Shown in pieces: positions 18,479 through 26,338 of a stretch of DNA of 44,962 nucleotides. Within the stretch, counting starts at the first letter, position 1. Every line of letters starts with the position of its first letter. Below the pieces are notes generated by a model that was not told the DNA's origin, ran no database searches, and was given only the letters and a program-made list of their open reading frames with translations. The translations under genes were made by a program, and so were the position numbers. Location of the stretch: positions 1 to 44,962 of the IMG/VR virus record IMGVR_UViG_3300022822_000003. One strand, written 5' to 3'. This DNA comes from a virus (Duplodnaviria > Caudoviricetes).

Positions 18479-18706
18479 TTAAGTGTTTTCGTGCCAGCGC
18501 ACTTCCCACCCGCTAAGTGCGATGTAACGCCCCCGGAATCCTTTCACTGTTAAATTGCAAGTGGTCCCGGTGCGAAGCGCTAATTGTTGACCGGCGAAGG
18601 GTCCACCCAGGCATCGATACATTCGTGCGGTGGGTACGCGTTTTGCTCGGTTACGCAGCATCGCGCTAAATTTACGCATTGCCTTCTTAGCTTCTTGTGG
18701 TGACAT
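18479..18706 (-). CDS. Small basic hypothetical protein (GGP.G motif)
   Basis: GCAACAGGAGAT RBS. Confidence 0.75.
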   Translation of the reverse strand: MSPQEAKKAMRKFSAMLRNRAKRVPTARMYRCLGGPFAGQQLALRTGTTCNLTVKGFRGRYIALSGWEVRWHENT

Positions 18707-18820
18707 CTCTTATCTCCTGTTGCGGTTACGTCGGTTTACAGCTTTTCCATATTTATAGTGATCGAACCTGCTGTCTAAAATCACTTGTTCGGCTTTGTGG
18801 AGACGACCTTGATCGGCTCT

Positions 18821-18844
18821 AAAAAGCCCACTCGCTAAAGTGGG
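18821..18844 (-). terminator. Rho-independent terminator
   Basis: Minus strand CCCACT-loop-AGTGGG followed by CTTTTT, just after the gene ending at 18865. Confidence 0.65.
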
Positions 18845-18864
18845 AGGGAGTGGTCAGAGTGACC

Positions 18865-19107
18865 TTAAGAAGCTGGGGTCTTAAGTGCTTCAACGCGGTG
18901 AAGCGTTGCTTGGTTGTAATAGGTGCCTATCTCGGCGGTGACTTCTTTGCCGTCGAAATTGGTGACTTCGTAGGCTATCGATGCGTCTGGTGCAGTGGCG
19001 ACGAGGTATCCGTCGACGTTGAGCAAATAGCGTGGGTTGCCATTCGCGGATGTTGGGAGTCGCTTAACGACGGTGAGCTTTCCTGTGTGATGCGTAATGT
19101 TTTTCAT
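18865..19107 (-). CDS. Hypothetical early protein (S.NGNPRY motif)
   Basis: RBS-supported start at 19107 (MKNITHH). Confidence 0.8.
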   Translation of the reverse strand: MKNITHHTGKLTVVKRLPTSANGNPRYLLNVDGYLVATAPDASIAYEVTNFDGKEVTAEIGTYYNQATLHRVEALKTPAS

Positions 19108-19132
19108 CCTGATCTCCTGTTGCGACTTAAAA

Positions 19133-19160
19133 TCCCGAGGCGGGTGGTGCCACCTCGAGA
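19133..19160 (-). other. RNA stem-loop with CACCAC loop (copy 2)
   Basis: UCUCGAGGUGG-[CACCAC]-CCGCCUCGGGA; 11 pairs including G-U. Confidence 0.65.
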
Positions 19161-19168
19161 ACATTTAA

Positions 19169-19199
19169 CTATTATGCATATACGCATAAGTTATGCAAG
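19169..19199 (-). promoter_or_regulatory. Leftward promoter/operator (31-bp motif, copy 2)
   Basis: CTATTATGCATATACGCATAAGTTATGCAAG on the + strand. Confidence 0.75.
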
Positions 19200-19207
19200 T
19201 AAATGCA

Positions 19208-19681
19208 TCATTTAATTTTAGTTTCTCCGTTAACGGGATCAATGATGTCCCTGTGCTGGGCTATGAATCCGCTGACACACTTCCCGCCTGGTGAGTGGTA
19301 TGAGATATTCCAATCCGCATCCCGTGTGACAACCGGGGTGTAGATGTTGTCCCGGTCCTTTGTGAGATAAAAGAAGGGGGTGCCATTCCGGTATACGCCA
19401 TCGCTCTGTTCAGCTGAGTCGTCGTGTGTTACTTCAACGGGTCTGCCAAATACATCCAAGTTAAACCAGTGGCTATCTGCTTGGAAGGGCACATGGAAGA
19501 AGCCTTTTTGGGAGGACAGCGCGAAGTGGTCGCCGTACCATCCGACCCACACCCCTCCTTCCTCCGGGGGGTGCGATAACCTTTGCAGCATTGAAGTCAT
19601 CAGCGCAGCCTGGGTGTCGTTCTCCTCGTCGGTTTCTTTTCTATCGAGTTCTATACGAACCTTGTTAACCTTGTGTGTCAT
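19208..19681 (-). CDS. Hypothetical early protein
   Basis: 157-aa ORF with a GCAACAGGAGAT RBS. Confidence 0.8.
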   Translation of the reverse strand: MTHKVNKVRIELDRKETDEENDTQAALMTSMLQRLSHPPEEGGVWVGWYGDHFALSSQKGFFHVPFQADSHWFNLDVFGRPVEVTHDDSAEQSDGVYRNGTPFFYLTKDRDNIYTPVVTRDADWNISYHSPGGKCVSGFIAQHRDIIDPVNGETKIK

Positions 19682-19706
19682 TTCTTATCTCCTGTTGCGT
19701 TTAGTT

Positions 19707-19738
19707 CCTAGCAGGGCGGGTGGTGCCACACTGCTGGG
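19707..19738 (-). other. RNA stem-loop with CACCAC loop (copy 3)
   Basis: CCCAGCAGUGUGG-[CACCAC]-CCGCCCUGCUAGG; two mismatches. Confidence 0.6.
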
Positions 19739-19779
19739 CGTTACTACTGGCTTAGCCCCTGTGAAGGGGCTGTGTTAGT

Positions 19780-20100
19780 TTAGAAATTGTAGTCATAAAA
19801 CCTTTTTGGTTTGTCAGATAACTGGTAACGGTTGCCCCATTTATCCTGCCATCTCCCCTTTGCTTTTGAATATCGGATGCGAAATGCCACTTCATCTTTA
19901 CTTGATGTGATGAACCATCTTTGTGATTCTTGGTTAGAAGTATGAGCAAAAAAACCTCCAGCATGCATTTCTGGCTTCCAAGATGGATCTCTCTCAGCGT
20001 CCATCTCTTGGATGTCCATTGTCGTTTCAGAAACCTTTTTTATTACTTCAAAAGGTGTTACGTCTGTATACCCAATCTTATTTGCGTAAACTTTGTTCAT
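19780..20100 (-). CDS. Hypothetical early protein
   Basis: RBS-supported start at 20100 (MNKVYAN); ends FYDYNF. Confidence 0.8.
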   Translation of the reverse strand: MNKVYANKIGYTDVTPFEVIKKVSETTMDIQEMDAERDPSWKPEMHAGGFFAHTSNQESQRWFITSSKDEVAFRIRYSKAKGRWQDKWGNRYQLSDKPKRFYDYNF

Positions 20101-20143
20101 TTCCTTTATCTCCTGTTTTGCCTGGCGATTGCTCGGCACACCC

Positions 20144-20174
20144 CTATTATGCATATATGCATAAGCTATGCAAG
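20144..20174 (-). promoter_or_regulatory. Leftward promoter/operator (31-bp motif, copy 3)
   Basis: CTATTATGCATATATGCATAAGCTATGCAAG on the + strand. Confidence 0.75.
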
Positions 20175-20203
20175 GTAATGTGCATATTAATTCCATCAGG
20201 CAT

Positions 20204-20226
20204 AAAAAAGCCCCGAGGAAGGGGCT
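20204..20226 (-). terminator. Rho-independent terminator
   Basis: Minus strand AGCCCC-loop-GGGGCT followed by a T tract. Confidence 0.75.
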
Positions 20227-20276
20227 GTGTCATTTATTTTAGGTATTGAATAGCCTAAGTGGTGTGCCTCTCCCCT

Positions 20277-20564
20277 TTAGTTCAATATATTTTGAGCGTC
20301 AGAAGATCTTAAAGCGGTGATGGCGTCACAAGTATTAAAGTCTCGATCTCGCCATCCGGTCCACTTTTGAAGCTCTGCATCCGCGTACATTTCTGGCCCT
20401 AAGTGGCTTACATCCTGTTGTGCTCTTCGTTTAAGCTCTTCTGAGATGCGTGCTGCCTCCTTGGTTGTTACTTCAAGCTCAATAAACGACTGGGCTATTG
20501 TTACTTTTATTCTCTCGTACACTTTCTTGAGGCCGTCTTCATCAGACCATTCCATTTCATTCAT
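20277..20564 (-). CDS. Hypothetical protein downstream of the repressor
   Basis: 95-aa ORF flanked by its own promoter motif and terminator. Confidence 0.7.
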   Translation of the reverse strand: MNEMEWSDEDGLKKVYERIKVTIAQSFIELEVTTKEAARISEELKRRAQQDVSHLGPEMYADAELQKWTGWRDRDFNTCDAITALRSSDAQNILN

Positions 20565-20613
20565 TGACTTTCCGTCCTGTTTTGAGAAAAGATAACTACT
20601 TCATGTAGTCTAA

Positions 20614-20644
20614 ATATTATGCATAAGAGCATATTAAATGCAAC
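20614..20644 (-). promoter_or_regulatory. Leftward promoter/operator (31-bp motif, divergent copy 4)
   Basis: ATATTATGCATAAGAGCATATTAAATGCAAC aligns without gaps to copies 1-3. Confidence 0.6.
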
Positions 20645-20650
20645 AAAGAA

Positions 20651-21070
20651 TTAACTATTCGCATAATACCGAGTAAATAGCTTACCTCTGTGAGGGCTCT
20701 TGTGCCAGTCGGGCACTTCTTCGTCGAGCATATCCATCGCAGCCGCGGCCTTGTCCGCCTCCACAGTTGCCAGAGTGGAGTCGCCGGTCGTGCGCCTCTC
20801 AATAAAATTACCGAGACAAGGGGGTTCTCCTACTGAGTGTCCCTCGGGGTACGCGAGCTGCAGGCGTTGGTCAAGTGCGGTGACCAGCCCTTTGTATGTC
20901 GCTGCACCTGGGTTTGTGGTGTCGCCCGATAATATGCGCGATAGGGCGGGCTGGGAAACACCGGCTTCTTGCGCTAGTTTGTATTGAGAGTAGCGCTTAC
21001 CTCGAGTGCGTTGATCTTTATTGATTTCATCTATCGCAGCATGAAGCCAGTCTGCGTATTGGTTTGACAT
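20651..21070 (-). CDS. cI: CI-like Xre HTH repressor
   Basis: SQYKLAQEAGVSQPALSRILSG.T.NP; divergent from the cro-like gene. Confidence 0.85.
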   Translation of the reverse strand: MSNQYADWLHAAIDEINKDQRTRGKRYSQYKLAQEAGVSQPALSRILSGDTTNPGAATYKGLVTALDQRLQLAYPEGHSVGEPPCLGNFIERRTTGDSTLATVEADKAAAAMDMLDEEVPDWHKSPHRGKLFTRYYANS

Positions 21071-21333
21071 AATATTATTGGCCTTAAGTTATGGATAATG
21101 GGTGTGGGGTTTTGATGTGCATCATTATCTTTACGAAAGTAATCTTTCTCATTGAAGTTGACCACAAGGTTGCGCTGGGAGTCGCGGCCTAGATGCTTTG
21201 ATTGTGACGCAACGCAAGAACCCCCCAAACACTGATGCAGCTTGTGTTTGAATTTGCACTTTTGCTTGATGCGGCACTTGCACCTACGTGAATAGGTCTT
21301 AATACAAGTGGCAATCAGTGGTTGTGTGGTCAT
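21031..21333 (-). CDS. Possible Cys/Lys-rich protein within the switch region
   Basis: 100-codon ORF with AGGT upstream; overlaps the cI start; no recognisable family. Confidence 0.3.
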   Translation of the reverse strand: MTTQPLIATCIKTYSRRCKCRIKQKCKFKHKLHQCLGGSCVASQSKHLGRDSQRNLVVNFNEKDYFRKDNDAHQNPTPIIHNLRPIILCQTNTQTGFMLR

Positions 21334-21441
21334 CCTTTCTACCTATTTATGTGCGTGTACGCACACATACAACTAAACAGCTAGTATGCACTGATGTATA
21401 TTTTATACAATGATTTATTTACACATGAATAGTTATGCGTG

Positions 21442-21471
21442 TGGACATAACTTATGTGCATAGTTTACAAT
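21442..21471 (+). promoter_or_regulatory. Rightward (PR-like) promoter with overlapping operator
   Basis: TGGACA-N18-TACAAT; palindrome ACATAA-C-TTATGT at 21445-21457. Confidence 0.65.
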
Positions 21472-21477
21472 CCCCGC

Positions 21478-21669
21478 ATGAAAACTATCCCTCTGCTTAT
21501 TAGCGAACTCCGGGCAACCGGGGCAACGCAACAATCCATCGCCATCACTGCTGGCGTCTCTCAACCGACTGTATCCCGCTGGGAGTCAAGTTCGACCCCG
21601 TCGATGTCAGTCATTCAGTATATCAAACTGTCAGATCGGTTGGCATTATACAACGCAGATGCAAACTAA
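21478..21669 (+). CDS. cro: Cro-like HTH protein
   Basis: TQQSIAITAGVSQPTVSRWES; divergent from cI; likely start MKTIP. Confidence 0.85.
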   Translation: MKTIPLLISELRATGATQQSIAITAGVSQPTVSRWESSSTPSMSVIQYIKLSDRLALYNADAN

Positions 21670-23833
21670 CCCGGTGCTCGATGCTGACGAAATGTTGCGA
21701 GTGGGTCTCGCCCTAATCAGTCTCGGGTATCGCATTGTACCCATACTCAAAGGACAAAAGCACCCGGGCATCGTTGGATGGCAGAACCTGATCGCCACAC
21801 CAGCGCTCGTCAAAGAGTGGGTTGACTCTGGGCGTTATGGTGGCTGGGGCGTTATGGGCCTCGGAGGCATCGATGCAGACATCTACAATGAAGGTGCTGC
21901 TATCTCTTTTAATAGCTGCGTACCGAAGGCTCTGCCTCCCCGCGTCGGTCGTCGTCCTAAAGTGCTCTATGTCTGCACCAACCCTGAGAACCTGACCAAG
22001 CGTGTCAGTGACGGATATGTTGATACTGACGGTAATGTCAACAAGGTTGAATTCCTCGGTGTCGGCCAGCAGTTCGTCACCTGGGGTGATCACCCCGAGA
22101 CCGGCAAACCTTATAAGTACAGTTCTAACAAACCACTCCACGAAACCCCCATTGCAGAACTCCAACCCATTACCGCTGCGCAGGTCGCTGCGATGATTGA
22201 CTTCTTCGAGACCACTGTCGTCCCTCCCTTAGTCGCAGCAGGAACATGGACTCTACAAGCAAAAGGCGTCAGCGGTGAGACTAGTAATGTCATCGAGACC
22301 TCGGCATTTGAGAACATTGTTAAAGCAGAGCAGCCTGGTAACTTTACTCAAACGCAGGTTGTTGCAGCACTTAAAGCCTTGGACCCTGACTGCAACCTTC
22401 AAGAATGGGTCGAAGTGGGCATGGCGCTTTACCATCAGTATCAGGGGGGCACAGAAGGTCTCGACATCTTTGAGCAGTGGAGCGCTTCAAAACAGTCAAT
22501 GAAGTATCAGCCTGGCGTGTGTGAACGCAGATGGCCGAGCTTCAAGCCCGATGCCGGTCGCAACTCGATCACCTTCGCATCCATCTGGCAGCGGGCTAAG
22601 AACGCATCGCGACATGACAAACTCGTAGTAGAAGAGCGCGAGAGTGATGACCTCTTTGCCACACCCGTTGCTCGAACACTCAAAGCCCGGACCCTCGGTG
22701 CCTCGTTCGACATCCACAGCCTACAGCCGCGCCCTTGGGTGTTTGGCAGACGCTTCTTAAAAGGGTACATCAGCGCAACGATCGGCAAAGCAGGGGTTAG
22801 TAAGAGTACGTTCTCTATCCTGTCCTGCCTGTCCGTTGCACTCGGTAGAGGCCTGACGGGTGAAACGGTTCACCAAGAGGGCAGCGTGCTCATCATTAAC
22901 AATGAGGACAAGGTGGACGAGATCGAGCGACGCCTCGCAGCGGCTTGTCTACATTACGAGATCCCCTTTGCCCAAGTAGCAGACAAGCTGCATTACTTCA
23001 GCGGTTACGATGCTGAGACGTTTACACTTTGTACCCGTGATGATCTCGGCAACGTCATCGTCACCCCCAATGTGCCAGCGCTCTTATCTTATATCAAAGA
23101 GCACAACATCATCATGTGCAGCCTTGACCCTTTTATCAGTACGCACACTGCGAACGAGAATGACAACGGTGAGATTGAGCGAGTGATGGACACCTTCCGC
23201 CACATTGCAGCGGAGGGCAGTTGTGCTATTGAGCTCATCCATCACGTTCGCAAAGGGGGCGAAGCGGGGGATGCTGAAGCAGCACGCGGTGCGTCCTCCG
23301 CCATTGCAGCGGCGCGAGTGGTTACTACCTTATCGAAGATGACGAGAGCCGAAGCCAAGGCCCTGCACATCGACTTTGACGCACTCGGCTACATGCTAGT
23401 GCGATCAGACATTGGCAAAGAAAACTTTAGCCTAGGTGCGGCCGGGGCCACTTGGTACTTGATGCGCTCAGTCACATTGCCCAATGGTGATGAGGTCGGG
23501 GTGCATGAGCTCTACGATGTCACGGTCCACGAAGCAGAAGCGGATGAAGAAGACGCGGTTGCGACTGAGGCCATGAATGCCAGGTACAGAATCGACGTGC
23601 TCTGCGCTCTGGGTGATAACACGGACATGAGAATCACCGCAGCGATGGAACGGTTACGGGGGGTCTGGGGACTGAATAGTGACAACGCACTTCGCAAACG
23701 GATGACATGCGCACTGCATTTTGATCGGTCGAACGCGAACATCATCGAGCATGGTGGACGTTTGGTTCATCTCTGGTTGGAGCAGGGCAAGGGTGCAAAC
23801 AGCCCGATTACGGTGCGTGCAGACTATGCGTAA
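21659..23833 (+). CDS. Primase-polymerase (PrimPol) + PriCT-2 + RecA-like AAA_25 helicase
   Basis: G..IVP...GQKHP...W, DAD, G.HP.TG.PY; W..VGMAL...F.QWS...KY....W.SF; Walker A GKAGVSKST, NNED, LDPF, HHVRKG, ARGAS. Confidence 0.92.
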   Translation: MQTNPVLDADEMLRVGLALISLGYRIVPILKGQKHPGIVGWQNLIATPALVKEWVDSGRYGGWGVMGLGGIDADIYNEGAAISFNSCVPKALPPRVGRRPKVLYVCTNPENLTKRVSDGYVDTDGNVNKVEFLGVGQQFVTWGDHPETGKPYKYSSNKPLHETPIAELQPITAAQVAAMIDFFETTVVPPLVAAGTWTLQAKGVSGETSNVIETSAFENIVKAEQPGNFTQTQVVAALKALDPDCNLQEWVEVGMALYHQYQGGTEGLDIFEQWSASKQSMKYQPGVCERRWPSFKPDAGRNSITFASIWQRAKNASRHDKLVVEERESDDLFATPVARTLKARTLGASFDIHSLQPRPWVFGRRFLKGYISATIGKAGVSKSTFSILSCLSVALGRGLTGETVHQEGSVLIINNEDKVDEIERRLAAACLHYEIPFAQVADKLHYFSGYDAETFTLCTRDDLGNVIVTPNVPALLSYIKEHNIIMCSLDPFISTHTANENDNGEIERVMDTFRHIAAEGSCAIELIHHVRKGGEAGDAEAARGASSAIAAARVVTTLSKMTRAEAKALHIDFDALGYMLVRSDIGKENFSLGAAGATWYLMRSVTLPNGDEVGVHELYDVTVHEAEADEEDAVATEAMNARYRIDVLCALGDNTDMRITAAMERLRGVWGLNSDNALRKRMTCALHFDRSNANIIEHGGRLVHLWLEQGKGANSPITVRADYA

Positions 23834-23882
23834 TTCACGGAGTGCAGTTCAACTACAGGCGATGTGTTTGACACGTAATTAT

Positions 23883-24044
23883 TGTACGCATTGTGCGCAT
23901 TTGTACGCATATGCGTACATTTCCTTAGTAAAATCAACAGCTTACAATGTACGCAGTGGGCGAATGCGTACACTGACTGCGTACACTTTTAAGCTATTGA
24001 AATCATTGAAGAAATTGTACGCATTGTACGCACCCCTAAAGGGG
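23883..24044. other. Putative replication origin: TGTACGCA iterons plus IHF site(s)
   Basis: Direct copies at 23883, 23902, 23948, 24016, 24025; inverted copies at 23912, 23965, 23978; variant at 23892; AATCAACAGCTTA at 23932; directly after the primase gene. Confidence 0.7.
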
Positions 24045-24125
24045 CTGTGTACATGCTGGGGCATACACCTGCCCCAAGGGGCGGCAAGTACAGAAACAGA
24101 CAATAACACCTGGAGTGCATAACAA

Positions 24126-24518
24126 ATGATCTGGCATAAATTGGAAGAAGACATCATGCGTCACACCTACCCAACCAGTGGGCGGGCAATCACGCAGTGT
24201 GTGCTACGCGCAATGGGCTTCCGTCGGTCACGCGGTGCGATTAAGACAAGAGCGCATCGCCTGTCACTGACTTACACGCGTTGGACTGGACTAGAAGACT
24301 GGGTCCTGACGCAGACCTATCCAGAGTTTGGGTCCCGGTACTGTCAGAGGTACATGCCCCGCAGATCACTCAATGCGATCCGTGACCGGGTTAGGCGGTT
24401 AGGGCTTCGAGCGTCCGGCGTTAAGACTAAAACGCAGAAGGCTGAGATCTGCGCGATGGAAGGGCATGACCACATCAAGGCACTGGCTTGGCAGGGGGTT
24501 AAGTATCGTGGCGAGTAA
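24126..24518 (+). CDS. Two-repeat Myb/SANT-like DNA-binding protein
   Basis: Two repeats of W...E[E/D].....YP.......RS..AI..R..RL.L. Confidence 0.7.
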   Translation: MIWHKLEEDIMRHTYPTSGRAITQCVLRAMGFRRSRGAIKTRAHRLSLTYTRWTGLEDWVLTQTYPEFGSRYCQRYMPRRSLNAIRDRVRRLGLRASGVKTKTQKAEICAMEGHDHIKALAWQGVKYRGE

Positions 24519-25092
24519 GCTCAGTCTGTATCGCGGTAAGCAACGCGTCTTCGTTAAAGAATACTTAGTCGACTTGAATGCTGCCGCTGCAGCGTTGAGA
24601 GCTGGGTACTCTAAGAAGACAGCGTACAGGATGGGGTCAGAGAACTTACATAAACCTCACATTGCGGCTGCTATAGCCGCAGCGCTGGAGAAACGAGCCA
24701 AGAAGACAGGGGTTAAGGCAGCTGATGTGCTCACACAGCTCAACGATATGAGGACTGCTGACTACGCGGATCTGATCGGAGACGATGGGGCGTATCTGCC
24801 AATCAAGGAGTGGCCACTGATCTGGCGGCAAATGGTGTCAGGTGTTGAGACCAAAGAAACATTCAACAAAGAAGGCGAGAAGATAGGCGAGGTTGTAAAG
24901 ATCAAGTTTGCTGACCGCACCAGGGTCATCGAGCTAGTGGGCAAGCATGTCGACGTGCAGGCATGGATTGAACGCGCCGAGGTAACACATTTAGAGGGAC
25001 GCTCACAACGACTTGCAGATGCAAGCCGACGAGTCATAGACCTGGAGCAATCAAGCGACGGGACATTTAAGCCAACCGAGGAAGAGTCATGA
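24508..25092 (+). CDS. terS: Terminase small subunit
   Basis: F..EYLVDLNA..AA.RAGYS.KTA...G.ENL.KP.I and ELVGKH; likely GTG start at 24508. Confidence 0.93.
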   Translation: MASKLSLYRGKQRVFVKEYLVDLNAAAAALRAGYSKKTAYRMGSENLHKPHIAAAIAAALEKRAKKTGVKAADVLTQLNDMRTADYADLIGDDGAYLPIKEWPLIWRQMVSGVETKETFNKEGEKIGEVVKIKFADRTRVIELVGKHVDVQAWIERAEVTHLEGRSQRLADASRRVIDLEQSSDGTFKPTEEES

Positions 25093-25241
25093 GTATTGCA
25101 AATCGAATCAATCGTTTTATTAAAAAGCAAAAGAAGAAAATGAGGGTCAGTTACTTTAAGCGGCTAGGGCATGTGAATGTGCAAGCCAACACCCATGATC
25201 GCCGCAAGCGCAGAGCTTGTGACTACACATTAAGAAGATAA
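25089..25241 (+). CDS. Small highly basic protein (50 aa)
   Basis: Manual translation MSIANRINRFIKKQKKK...; ATGA overlap with terS. Confidence 0.5.
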   Translation: MSIANRINRFIKKQKKKMRVSYFKRLGHVNVQANTHDRRKRRACDYTLRR

Positions 25242-25253
25242 GGGGTCATAGTT

Positions 25254-25457
25254 ATGTCATTACCGAAATCAAAACGTCGCGCCGTCATACTGCAGAAGCT
25301 GCGCCAATCGCATGGCGCAAACTACCTACTGTGTCAGCATGCCGCTGATGAGATCCAAGCGTTACGCAAAGAGTGCAGCCGACTGACGAAAGAGAACATG
25401 ATCATTGATGGTGAGCTCGCATCAGTCGAAAACGAACTAGCACTCGAGCGCCGGTGA
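25254..25457 (+). CDS. Hypothetical coiled-coil protein (AADEI..LR motif)
   Basis: ORF with a GGGG RBS, coupled to the next gene. Confidence 0.7.
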   Translation: MSLPKSKRRAVILQKLRQSHGANYLLCQHAADEIQALRKECSRLTKENMIIDGELASVENELALERR

Positions 25458-25645
25458 GCGACAACCCTTGGGTCCCGGTGCTCTTTGCGGATCAGTGTCC
25501 GCTATGCGAGCTATGCGATGAGCCAGTCTGCCCCTTTTGTGATGTGCATTATACAGACTGTCATTGCCCGGGACCCACGCAAGATGAGTATCAATACTTG
25601 GAAACAAGCCAAGGGCTAATGGCCCGATTAAAAGAGGATGAATGA
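25454..25645 (+). CDS. Small Cys-rich zinc-binding protein
   Basis: CxxCxxC...CxxC..H..C.C. Confidence 0.7.
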   Translation: MSDNPWVPVLFADQCPLCELCDEPVCPFCDVHYTDCHCPGPTQDEYQYLETSQGLMARLKEDE

Positions 25646-25832
25646 AATGAAAGTCATATTAAACGAGAATGAGATCCGATCAATTTTAGCTGAAGCACTG
25701 TGCAAAAAATTAGACTATGCCCCTCCCTTCGTTGATATCAACCCGGATTGCTGTTGGTTTGATACTAGCAGTATCAATGAGCCAAGCGATGGTCAGTTTC
25801 GCAGTGTCGAGTTTTGTTACGAAACAACTTAA
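25638..25832 (+). CDS. Hypothetical protein
   Basis: GAGG RBS; overlaps the previous stop. Confidence 0.65.
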   Translation: MNEMKVILNENEIRSILAEALCKKLDYAPPFVDINPDCCWFDTSSINEPSDGQFRSVEFCYETT

Positions 25833-25844
25833 CAGGAGAGAATC

Positions 25845-26000
25845 ATGGACAAAGACAAAAAGCAACCAGAGATGGCGCACCCCAGCCAGCCACCACACAT
25901 CTGGCTGCAGTTCAACGCCGAGGGGGAGGTGACCGACTCGCGTCTCGAGAACCCGTCAGGCAATCCGTGGTACACGCTATACCAGGTGGCGAAGACATGA
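25845..26000 (+). CDS. Hypothetical protein (51 aa, P..IWLQ motif), not in the ORF track
   Basis: ACAGGAG RBS; ATGA overlap with the next gene. Confidence 0.6.
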   Translation: MDKDKKQPEMAHPSQPPHIWLQFNAEGEVTDSRLENPSGNPWYTLYQVAKT

Positions 26001-26338
26001 GTGGGTTGATGGGTTGTGGCTCTCACAGTTGTGTTATTGCACCCCCGGCACATGAAGGGCACAGCGGCAGCTGTCGCTGTCTGGTGTCTGACTATCGGGG
26101 TCAGAGCTTGATAAAAAGGCTCAAGGCTCAAATCGAAGAGCATCAACAGTACAACGATATTCTCGAGGCTAAGCTCAAGAAGCTCGACACTCATGTTGAT
26201 CGTCAGATAAGAGCAATGGGGGTCTATGAGAATGCGTTGAAGCTGTGCGAGACGCATGCGCATGAAGATCAAGCCTTTGTCGCTATCATACAAAACCGCA
26301 GAGCTTATGCTGATAAAGCATTAAGAGGGGCAGATTGA
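25997..26338 (+). CDS. Hypothetical protein (Cys/His N-terminus, coiled coil)
   Basis: Likely start MSGLMGC at 25997; overlaps the terL start. Confidence 0.65.
   Translation: MSGLMGCGSHSCVIAPPAHEGHSGSCRCLVSDYRGQSLIKRLKAQIEEHQQYNDILEAKLKKLDTHVDRQIRAMGVYENALKLCETHAHEDQAFVAIIQNRRAYADKALRGAD

Noticed and set aside
21356-21363. Isolated TGTACGCA in the switch region as primase autoregulation
   Set aside because: Single copies of the octamer also occur inside unrelated coding regions (near 36862 and 41990), so chance cannot be excluded.
22783-22810. Inactive helicase because Walker A reads GKAGVSKST
   Set aside because: The catalytic Lys-Ser/Thr and the downstream motifs are intact; a G-to-S change alone is weak evidence.
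23721-24122. ORFs on both strands across the iteron region
   Set aside because: The translations merely reflect the DNA repeats (CTHCAH, YAY); there is no RBS, and the region is better explained as an origin.
25883-25907. Fourth CACCAC hairpin on the + strand
   Set aside because: It lies inside a coding region, the loop is larger and not closed directly around CACCAC, and no matching RBS follows.
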